From NCBI GenBank assembly GCA_036676985.1, contig JAKFBU010000076.1, forward strand, positions 32,001-96,000: 64,000 bases of DNA, in the 5' to 3' direction. Each line of letters starts with the position of its first letter. The stretch's first letter is position 1. Position numbers and translations under genes: made by a program. This DNA is from Candidatus Sericytochromatia bacterium (GTDB taxonomy: Bacteria; Cyanobacteriota; Sericytochromatia; S15B-MN24; UBA4093). Of this stretch, positions 56,417 through 64,000 are shown one piece after another. The notes beneath the pieces were generated by a model. The model ran no database searches, was not told where the DNA came from, and saw only the letters and a list, made by a program, of their open reading frames with translations.

Positions 56417-56994
56417 CCTATCCCATTGAACAATCGCTCTTTCAGAGCGACGGCTTCACCGCGCGTACGTATATTGGCTTTCTTGTAGATATGCTTGATA
56501 TGCGAACGCACGGTTTCATCACCGACAACCAAAGTTGCGGCAATTTCTCGCGTCGATAGGTGTATCAAGGACAGCACGCGCAGTTCGGTGAGGCTAAGGC
56601 CGCTTTTCAGTTCATCATTGGCCCGTCTGCAGACTCTATGAGCGATCTCTTCCAGACAAGTCTCAACAAGTGCCATGTCGGATAGGGGGAGATGGCAATT
56701 TGGCATGCATGCAACGACCATTACCCCAAATTCCCTGCCGTCCAATGTAATTGGGAAGGTGCAAGAGGTGGAGCGATTACGCTCTTCTAGTCTGCACTCG
56801 CCAACGAGCAATCGAGGGCTATATAATTCTATATAAATATTGGTTGCGTTAAGCAGTTGATCAAGGAGATCGTGAACAAAGTTCAGCAAGTCTGGAATGG
56901 ACGGCTGATTGGAGAGGCGCCTTGCAAGGGCGGCCGCGAATCGAAAGGAGCCAACACTACATAACGAGGCGGAAGTGGACGTGGTGTTCACCAT
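56413..56994 (-). CDS. LuxR-family HTH regulator with GAF-like N-terminus
   Basis: LSLTELRVL...STREIAATLVVGDETVRSHIKHIYKK; start uncertain. Confidence 0.8.
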   Translation of the reverse strand: MVNTTSTSASLCSVGSFRFAAALARRLSNQPSIPDLLNFVHDLLDQLLNATNIYIELYSPRLLVGECRLEERNRSTSCTFPITLDGREFGVMVVACMPNCHLPLSDMALVETCLEEIAHRVCRRANDELKSGLSLTELRVLSLIHLSTREIAATLVVGDETVRSHIKHIYKKANIRTRGEAVALKERLFNGIG

Positions 56995-57133
56995 TTATTA
57001 TTCACCCGAAATTCACCCTTGCTTTATGGATGGCTCAACAATACTATCACAATCGTGCGCACTATTATGTCAGTAAATCGTGCTTATTATTCACATCCGT
57101 CGACATTTGCATGTCGAACAAGCAGGAGGATAC

Positions 57134-57805
57134 ATGCGCGTTCAAACTTTGGGGCTTACGTCGTTGGCCCTAGTAACTGTTGTGCTCAATGCCGGACAAG
57201 CATATGCCGATATCTGGAATGGTCTCAAAACCCACAGTATTCGTGGAACTTCCGTTAGGGTTACGACGACCGTTCCTGACGGCAATGCCCAGGGCGTCAT
57301 TGATTGGTGGGGTGGGCGTAACTACTACTATGTTCAGATCGGTGGAGGATCGATAGGCTTCCAGTACGGCCTAACTGAGGGTAAGAACGTAGGAAACTAC
57401 TTCCGGGAGTTTTTCTACAGCAAGATTGATGCGAATACAGGTCAGGGTGAATATAAGGCAATAACGGGAACGCCTGGACCTCAAACGGAGATCGGTCTGC
57501 AGATTCATTATGCAGGAAATGGGAACTGGTATGGTCTAACCCCTGGCTATTGCCAGTCCCCGACTATTGCCGTCGGTGTGTCGGAGTTCGATCGGGCCGG
57601 AACCTACGTGAAGGCAGCCCGCTCAAGGATCGCGGTGGATGACACCACTTACAAGCGATTCTGGAACTTTAATTACGACGATATCGTTGCTGGTGCCAAC
57701 CGTTCAGCTCAGTATTCCCAGCGGGATTCAAACTACCTCAGCAAGAGTGCGATTGATGGAGGCCTTTACAGCTATGCTCGTTTCGGCCTGTATGCGTGGG
57801 AATAA
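57134..57805 (+). CDS. Secreted hypothetical protein, Gly/Tyr-rich and beta-rich
   Basis: AGGAGGA RBS; signal peptide ending AYA. Confidence 0.75.
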   Translation: MRVQTLGLTSLALVTVVLNAGQAYADIWNGLKTHSIRGTSVRVTTTVPDGNAQGVIDWWGGRNYYYVQIGGGSIGFQYGLTEGKNVGNYFREFFYSKIDANTGQGEYKAITGTPGPQTEIGLQIHYAGNGNWYGLTPGYCQSPTIAVGVSEFDRAGTYVKAARSRIAVDDTTYKRFWNFNYDDIVAGANRSAQYSQRDSNYLSKSAIDGGLYSYARFGLYAWE

Positions 57806-57818
57806 GGAGGGAATTCGG

Positions 57819-58211
57819 ATGAAAAAGCTTTTTCTGTTGGGTTTGATCCCTCTCTCTCTCGTCGGCTGTGTCGCGCCCAAAGTCGATTCTGTGTCTTCGG
57901 TACAAGCGTCTCAGAGTCAGGCGGCTACGCCACTCGATCAGGCTCGAGGCCTTTTCGGTAACTCCAACATATCGAGTGCGACCGTAGTCGAAGATGTTTC
58001 AACTCTCCACGGTTCGCGGGCAATTCAATCCGCTGGCGAAATCGATGGTGACAAGGTCGTTGCCGTCCGCCTTGAGGGGGATTTGGAATGGCCGCTTCCA
58101 TATGACAAGAATGACCTCCGAGGCGAGGTCCGCGGTAAATATGCGCTCATTTTAATCGATCGAGAGACTAAGCGATTTACGTATGTCAAAATGAGCAGAG
58201 AAGCCCTCTAG
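57819..58211 (+). CDS. Hypothetical lipoprotein
   Basis: AAGGAGG RBS; MKKLFLLGLIPLSLVGC lipobox. Confidence 0.75.
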   Translation: MKKLFLLGLIPLSLVGCVAPKVDSVSSVQASQSQAATPLDQARGLFGNSNISSATVVEDVSTLHGSRAIQSAGEIDGDKVVAVRLEGDLEWPLPYDKNDLRGEVRGKYALILIDRETKRFTYVKMSREAL

Positions 58212-58370
58212 CAGGAAGCTCGAGCGGAATTATGAAGCCCGCTTGTCCCTCGGATTTCGGCATGAGGGCTGATATTCGATCAAACGGGCTTCAAGCCTTG
58301 TTGCGGTATTTACAATGGTGGGCCGGTCAGGGCTCTGGTGTCGGCCCCACAATCACCGGAAAGGACATGT

Positions 58371-58787
58371 ATGAAGCGCCTTGCGACTCTGGTGAGCCTG
58401 TTAATCAGCGCCTGCTCATTGCCTGGCTCCGCGTCATTTGACACCTATATGTTCAATTACGACCTTAGTCCCTCGAAGCCTAGCTTCACTGATGCGGTTA
58501 CCGTCAAGCTTCAGAAGCTCCCAAAGTCTCGTTTCGAGACTAAGCTTTTGATCATAAAACTCGATGCCGCGCGGTCCCCACATTCTGCCCAAACGCATGA
58601 AATCGATTTTGACACGTTTGTAACCAACGCGGAGAACTCGACGCACGACGTCCGGATCGACCTTTCCTCCACCTATTCGGATTCTAACAACCAGTCGGTC
58701 AAGGCTGGCGCCAATGACTCGGTTGCGTTGCGCGTTCTAATGGTTGATGGACGTCCGAGAGGACAGGAAATCGGCATCTATCAATAG
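58371..58787 (+). CDS. Hypothetical lipoprotein
   Basis: AAGGA RBS; MKRLATLVSLLISAC lipobox. Confidence 0.65.
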   Translation: MKRLATLVSLLISACSLPGSASFDTYMFNYDLSPSKPSFTDAVTVKLQKLPKSRFETKLLIIKLDAARSPHSAQTHEIDFDTFVTNAENSTHDVRIDLSSTYSDSNNQSVKAGANDSVALRVLMVDGRPRGQEIGIYQ

Positions 58788-58926
58788 CTGGCGCAAGAAG
58801 CTCGACGCAGAGGCCGCCCTCTGGGCGAGCGGGCGCTACCTCATTGGTCTTTTCTAATTCCTGCCTCGCTGGTTAGAATGGCGGGGGCTCGGTGCGAGCC
58901 CGCCGATCGACCCACCCCGAGGCCGT

Positions 58927-61900
58927 ATGCTCTCCATCCTCTCGACCGCCGCCAGCTACGTCCCCGGGCTCATGGCCCGGCGCTGGCTCCAGGAGCCCGC
59001 GTCCTTCGATCGTCCCGACCACGATCGCATCGAGGCCGCCCTCCTGTTCGCGGACCTCTCGGGCTTCACGATCCTGGCCGAGCGCCAGGCACGGGCAGGA
59101 GCCGCCGGCACCGAGGTCCTCACGCGCATGCTCAACGCGGTCTTCGGGCCGCTCATCGAGACGGTGAGCGCCCATGGCGGCGACGTGGTCAAGTTCGCGG
59201 GCGACGCCCTGCTCGCCGTGTGGCCGGTGGCGGCCGCGGATCCCGCTCGGGCGACCCTGCGCGCGGCTCAGGCGGGCCTCGCCATCCAGCGCTTGCTCCA
59301 GGAGGCGGCCGCGCAGGGCGACGCGCCGCTCTCCCTGCGGGTCGGCATCGGGGCAGGCGAGGTCGAGGCCTACCAGATCGGGGGCCTGAACGGCGAATGG
59401 GAGACCTACCTCGCCGGAGACGTCTTGCTCGCGACGGGCCGCGCCGAACATGCCGCCGCTCCCGGTCAGGTCGTCCTCACGCCTACGGCCTGGGAGCACG
59501 TTCGCGAACAGGCGGTGGGCTCGCCGCTGTCCGAGGGTGGGGTCCTGCTCGAGTCCTTGCTCGACTCTCGTGCGCCCGAAGCGGAGCCACCGGCCGATCT
59601 GCCGCCGGAGGCCGAAAAGGCGCTCTTGAGTCGCGTTCCCCGTGCCGTCCGGGCGCGTCTGGTGGCCGGACAGACCGACTGGCTCGCCGAGCTGCGCCAG
59701 ATCACGGTGGTCTTCGCCAACATCCCCGAGCTGGGGCGCGCTCCGTCCCTGGACCGGGCGCAGGAGGTCATGCGTGCCCTCCAGCACGCCGTCGATCGCT
59801 TCGAGGGCAGCATCAACAAGCTGAGCGTCGACGAGAAGGGCGTCTCCCTGCTCGCGGCCTTCGGCCTCCCGCCGCGTTCTCACGAGGACGACCCCGTGCG
59901 GGCCGTACAGGCGGCCCTTTCGCTGCGCGCGAGGCTCCAGGAGCTAGGCGTCGAGGTCTCCGTCGGCGTGGCGAGCGGCCGGGTCTTCTGCGGCGAGATC
60001 GGCAACGACCGCCGCCGGGAGTACACCGTCATCGGGGACACGGTGAACCTCGCCGCCCGCCTGATGCAGCAGGCACAGGACGACCTCTGGTGCGACGCTT
60101 CGACCTTCGAGGCGACCCAGGACCGCATCCGTTACGAGGTGGTGGCCCCCGTCCAGGCCAAGGGCAAGACGGGATTCTTGAGCGTCTTTCGCCCGCAGGT
60201 CGAGCTCAAGCCGGCCGCCGCTGCGACGTCTGAGCTCATCGGCCGCCATGCGGAGAAGGGGCAGCTGCGCGCGGCCTTGCGGCAGCTCACGGAGTTCGGG
60301 GCGGGCGGCGTGCTCGTCCTGGAGGGCGAGGCGGGCCTCGGCAAGTCGCGGCTTCTGGGCTACGCGGTGGACGAGGCCCGGGCCCTGGGCCTCCGGTGCC
60401 TGCAGGGCTCCGGGGAGGCCATCGAGCGCTCCACGCCCTACCATGCATGGCGCCCCATCTTCCACCAGCTCCTCTCGCCCGACGGCGAAGGCGATCCCGA
60501 CCTGCTGGTGCAGGCCATCGTCAAGGCCCTCGCGGACGAGCCGGAGCTCTTGCGCCTCGCGCCCTTGCTGGGCACGGTCCTGCCCTTGAACCTGCCGGAC
60601 AACGTGGTGACCGAGCAGATGGTCGGCCAGGTGCGGGCGGACAACACCAACGACGTGCTCCTGCGCCTCCTGCGCTCGGCGGCTCCCCTCGTGATCGCCC
60701 TGGAGGACTTCCACTGGCTCGACACGGCGTCGTGGACCCTCCTGCGGACGTTGTGCCTGCGAGGGCTTCCGATTCTCCTGGTGACGACCAGCCGCCCCCT
60801 GAGCGATCCGCAGCTTAGCGAGCTGCGCCAGATCCTGGAATTGCCGGGCGTCCAGCGGATGACCCTCGAGGCCATGCCCATCGCCGAGGCCCTGGAGCTG
60901 GTATGCCGACAGCTGGGGGTCCGGAGCCTGCCCGAGCCCGTGGCGGAGCTCATCCGCACCAAGGCCGAAGGGCACCCCTTCTTCAGCGAGGAGCTCGCCC
61001 TGGCGCTCCGGGACGCGGGCTTCATCCGGATCGAGGGCGGGGAGTGCGTGCTCACGCCCAAGGCGGGAGACCTGAGCGACCTGGACCTGCCCAACACGGT
61101 CGAGGGCCTCATCACCAGCCGCGTGGACCGCCTGCCGCCCTCCCAGCAGCTCTCCTTGAAGGTGGCGAGCGTCATCGGGCGCGTGTTCGCCTACGGCACC
61201 CTGCGCGACATCTACCCCATCGACGCCGACCGCCCGCACCTCATGGCCCACCTGCAGTCCATGGAAGAGCTGGACCTCACGCTCCTGGCGGTGCAGGAGC
61301 CGGACTCCATCTACGTCTTCAAGCACATCATCACCCAGGAGGTCGTCTACAACCTGCTCCTCTTCGCCCAGCGGGAGCAGCTGCACCGCGCGGTGGCCGT
61401 GTGGTACGAGAACGCGCACCAGGGGAACCTCGCCCCCTTCTACCCGCTCCTGGCTCACCACTGGGAGCAGGTCGGCGAGGTCGAGAAGGCCACGGCCTAT
61501 CTCGAGAAGTCCGGGGTGCAGGCGCTGCGGACGGGCGCCTACCGGGAGGCCATCGGCTTCTTCGAGAAGGCGCTCGCCAAGGACTCGTCGGGCGATCGCC
61601 GGCGCCGCGGCTACTGGGAGCACAGCCTCGGGGAGGCCCACCTGGGCCTGGGGCGCCTTGAGGACGCCGCCCGGCACGTGCGCCGGGCCATGGTCCTTCA
61701 GGACGTCCCGGCGCCCGAGGGCAAGCTCGCCATGGGCCTCGAGATCGTCGGGCTGCTGCTCGACGAGGTGCGTCATTACCGGAGCAACGAGTTGCCCATC
61801 CCCGGGTCGGCCGAGCGCGATCGCCTCCTGGAGCAGGCGCGCCTCTACCGCTCGCTCGGCATGGTCCACTACTACGGCAACGACACCCTGGGCTCCATCC

Positions 61901-62973
61901 ACTCCATCCTCAAGTCCAAGAGTCTCGCCTCGAAGGCCGGTCCTTCGGCGGAGCTCGCCGTTGCGACGGGCGGGCTCGCCATCGCAGCAGGCCTGGTGCC
62001 GGCCCATGGCCTGGCCGCGGCCTACGTCGAGAAGGCCCTCCAGGTCGTCGAAGGGGTCGAGGACCTGAACCTCAGGGCCCAGACCCTCATCCGGGCGAGC
62101 CTCAGCCAGGTATCGGTCGGGCGCTGGGAGAACGTGCGCCGCATCGCCGAGGAGGCGGTGTCCATCTGCGAGCGACTGGGCGATCGCCGCCAGTTCGGCG
62201 AGAGCATCGTCCAGCTCGCCCTCGCCTACCGCTACCCGGGCGATTTCCGGGCAGCCCAGGACAAGTACCAGCGCCTTTACGACGCGGCCTCGAGCTTCGG
62301 CAACGACCACCACCGCAGCTGGGCGCTCGACGGTCAGGCCATCATGCGGATCCGCGAGGGCGAGTTCGAGACGGCCGAGCGCCTGCTCGCCGAGGCGGCG
62401 GCCCTCACGGCGAGCAACCCGGACCCCACCGAGCGCACGAACCACCTGAGCCAGGAGGCCCTCCTGCACCTGCGCCGGGGCAAGGTCGCCGAGGCCTGGC
62501 AGGCGGCGAGGGAGGCCGCGGGGATGATCGCCCAGTCCCCGCCGTCGGCGGTCTATGCCATCGACGGCGTGGCCACGGTCGTCGAAGTCTTCCTCAGTCT
62601 GCGGGAGGACCATGGCGTCGAGCTGGCCCTTCCGGCGCGCGAGGTCGAGCGGACGATCCGCCAGTCCCTGCGGGCCCTGCACGCGTTCTCCAAGCCCTTC
62701 CCCATCGCCCAGCCCCGCACCTGGCTCTACCAGGGCTGGTACGAGTGGCTCATGGGCAACCGCTCCAAGGCGGAGCGGGCCTGGCTCAAGGCCCAGGCGG
62801 CGGCCGAGCGTCTCGACATGCGCTTCGAGGCGGGGCTCGTCCAGCTGGAGCGTGCCCGGCAAGGGCTTGCGAGCCAGGCGGACATGGACCGGGGGATCGA
62901 CCTCCTGGAGCGGGTGGGAGCGACCCATGAGGCGCTCAGGTTGCGAGCTCTGAGGGATCGCACCGCCCCCTAG
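58927..62973 (+). CDS. Soluble-adenylyl-cyclase-like protein: two class III cyclase domains, P-loop (STAND) ATPase, TPR
   Basis: FADLSGFT, GDVVKFAGDALL, INKLSVDEKG, EYTVIGDTVNLAARL, GEAGLGKS, LEDFHW, helical repeats. Confidence 0.92.
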   Translation: MLSILSTAASYVPGLMARRWLQEPASFDRPDHDRIEAALLFADLSGFTILAERQARAGAAGTEVLTRMLNAVFGPLIETVSAHGGDVVKFAGDALLAVWPVAAADPARATLRAAQAGLAIQRLLQEAAAQGDAPLSLRVGIGAGEVEAYQIGGLNGEWETYLAGDVLLATGRAEHAAAPGQVVLTPTAWEHVREQAVGSPLSEGGVLLESLLDSRAPEAEPPADLPPEAEKALLSRVPRAVRARLVAGQTDWLAELRQITVVFANIPELGRAPSLDRAQEVMRALQHAVDRFEGSINKLSVDEKGVSLLAAFGLPPRSHEDDPVRAVQAALSLRARLQELGVEVSVGVASGRVFCGEIGNDRRREYTVIGDTVNLAARLMQQAQDDLWCDASTFEATQDRIRYEVVAPVQAKGKTGFLSVFRPQVELKPAAAATSELIGRHAEKGQLRAALRQLTEFGAGGVLVLEGEAGLGKSRLLGYAVDEARALGLRCLQGSGEAIERSTPYHAWRPIFHQLLSPDGEGDPDLLVQAIVKALADEPELLRLAPLLGTVLPLNLPDNVVTEQMVGQVRADNTNDVLLRLLRSAAPLVIALEDFHWLDTASWTLLRTLCLRGLPILLVTTSRPLSDPQLSELRQILELPGVQRMTLEAMPIAEALELVCRQLGVRSLPEPVAELIRTKAEGHPFFSEELALALRDAGFIRIEGGECVLTPKAGDLSDLDLPNTVEGLITSRVDRLPPSQQLSLKVASVIGRVFAYGTLRDIYPIDADRPHLMAHLQSMEELDLTLLAVQEPDSIYVFKHIITQEVVYNLLLFAQREQLHRAVAVWYENAHQGNLAPFYPLLAHHWEQVGEVEKATAYLEKSGVQALRTGAYREAIGFFEKALAKDSSGDRRRRGYWEHSLGEAHLGLGRLEDAARHVRRAMVLQDVPAPEGKLAMGLEIVGLLLDEVRHYRSNELPIPGSAERDRLLEQARLYRSLGMVHYYGNDTLGSIHSILKSKSLASKAGPSAELAVATGGLAIAAGLVPAHGLAAAYVEKALQVVEGVEDLNLRAQTLIRASLSQVSVGRWENVRRIAEEAVSICERLGDRRQFGESIVQLALAYRYPGDFRAAQDKYQRLYDAASSFGNDHHRSWALDGQAIMRIREGEFETAERLLAEAAALTASNPDPTERTNHLSQEALLHLRRGKVAEAWQAAREAAGMIAQSPPSAVYAIDGVATVVEVFLSLREDHGVELALPAREVERTIRQSLRALHAFSKPFPIAQPRTWLYQGWYEWLMGNRSKAERAWLKAQAAAERLDMRFEAGLVQLERARQGLASQADMDRGIDLLERVGATHEALRLRALRDRTAP

Positions 62974-63054
62974 CGGCCTCTCGCCAGGACCTAGCTGCCG
63001 CCTGTGCGGCGGCCGGACGTGTTAAGATTAACGTTTGCTAGATCCGAGGGACGC

Positions 63055-64000
63055 ATGACCTTTATCGAACTGATTCGCAGCAATCTGATCTCCCCCTTCG
63101 TGCTGGCCTTCATGCTGGGCGGGATCGCCACCGTCGTGAAGAGCGACCTGGAGTTTCCCGAGCAGGTTTACGCCGCCCTGTCGATCTACCTCCTCTTGGC
63201 GATCGGCATGAAGGGCGGCGTGGAGCTCTCCTCCACGCCGCTCTCGGTGATCTGGGCGCCGGCCCTGGCGACCCTGGCGCTGGGCATCTGCATCCCCATC
63301 TGGTGCTACTTCATCCTGCGCAAGTTCGGCAAGTTCGACAACGCCAACGCGGCGGCGATCGCGGCCCACTACGGGTCGGTCTCGGCCGTGACCTTCACGG
63401 CGACCATGACCTTCCTCGATCTGGTGAACGTGCCCTTCGAGGGCTTCATGCCGACGCTGGTGGCCATCCTGGAGGTGCCCGCCATCATCGTGGCCCTGCT
63501 CATCGCGCGCATGAAGGAGGAGGACTCCAAGGCCTCCTGGGGGCCGGTGTTGCACGAGGTGATCACGGGCAAGAGCATTCTCTTGATGGTCGGCGGGGTG
63601 ATCATCGGCTTGCTGGTCGGCCACCAGGGTCTCGAGAGCGTGGCTCCGGTCTTCGTGGATCCCTTCAAGGGCGTGCTGATGCTCTTCCTGTTGGAGCTCG
63701 GCATGGTCACGGGCCACCGGATCCGGGATCTGGGCCGGGCCGGCTGGTTCCTGGTGGGCTTCGGCGTCGTCATGCCCATCCTGCACGGGGTGATCGGGGC
63801 GGTCCTGGGCACGATCGTGGGGCTGTCCATGGGCGGCTCGACGGTGCTCGGCGTCATGGCGGCCAGTGCCTCCTACATCGCGGCGCCCGCGGCCGTGCGC
63901 GTGGCCTTGCCCTCGGCCAATCCGGGGTACTACCTGACGGCGACGCTCGCCATCACCTTCCCGTTCAACCTGGCGCTGGGCATCCCGCTGTACTACTTCG
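63055..64000 (+). CDS. sbtA: SbtA-family sodium-dependent bicarbonate transporter (3' truncated; not in ORF track)
   Basis: KSDLEFP, SIYLLLAIGMKGG, HYGSVSAVTF, LEVPAII, FLLELG, SASYIAAPAA, ITFPFN. Confidence 0.92.
   Translation, partial: MTFIELIRSNLISPFVLAFMLGGIATVVKSDLEFPEQVYAALSIYLLLAIGMKGGVELSSTPLSVIWAPALATLALGICIPIWCYFILRKFGKFDNANAAAIAAHYGSVSAVTFTATMTFLDLVNVPFEGFMPTLVAILEVPAIIVALLIARMKEEDSKASWGPVLHEVITGKSILLMVGGVIIGLLVGHQGLESVAPVFVDPFKGVLMLFLLELGMVTGHRIRDLGRAGWFLVGFGVVMPILHGVIGAVLGTIVGLSMGGSTVLGVMAASASYIAAPAAVRVALPSANPGYYLTATLAITFPFNLALGIPLYYF

Larger units (their letters stand above)
56413..58790. other. Low-GC islet, probably horizontally acquired
   Basis: Abrupt drop to roughly 50% GC by eye with atypical codon usage; no mobility gene. 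Confidence 0.75.

Noticed and set aside
2678-62928. Many long alternative-frame or antisense ORFs (e.g. 2678-4432, 5315-7570, 34533-37205, 44103-46688, 59944-62928)
   Set aside because: Shadows of real genes in high-GC DNA: Arg/Gly/Ala/Pro-rich or antisense-biased, no motifs, fully overlapping well-supported CDSs
58927-62973. Avs/STAND anti-phage system
   Set aside because: The effector is a tandem adenylyl cyclase of a widespread signalling architecture, with host-like GC and no defence neighbours; not excluded but unsupported

Overview
GC-rich (roughly two-thirds G+C by eye) diderm bacterial chromosome segment with no rRNA, tRNA, CRISPR, integrase or transposase. The gene mix is compatible with a non-photosynthetic relative of Cyanobacteria such as Sericytochromatia, but that is a low-confidence inference. 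Recognisable content: ggt, queD-queE-queC, secreted/lipoprotein hydrolases (PLD, alpha/beta hydrolase, papain-like C1, M14), a type IV pilus/T2SS-like cluster, several two-component genes, GH13, acuI, hemH, ybaK, TerC, a complete cbb3 oxidase operon (ccoNOQPGHIS), a low-GC LuxR islet, and a soluble-adenylyl-cyclase-like gene directly upstream of an SbtA-family bicarbonate transporter. Main candidates for new biology: (1) a 51-aa double-glycine-leader peptide with a HetC-like cNMP-C39-ABC exporter, HlyD, TolC and a tandem-PilZ protein, and no modifying enzymes; (2) the sAC-like cyclase-sbtA pair; (3) a 17-bp palindrome TCCGTAG-N3-CTACGGA found four times, each centred 31 bp from a TAnnnT -10 box, linking cco, a GAF/kinase locus and a candidate sRNA; (4) four genes under 60 aa missed by the ORF track (stand-alone DnaJ zinc finger, 44-aa membrane protein, ccoQ, ccoS). 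All calls come from manual reading; no database searches were run.
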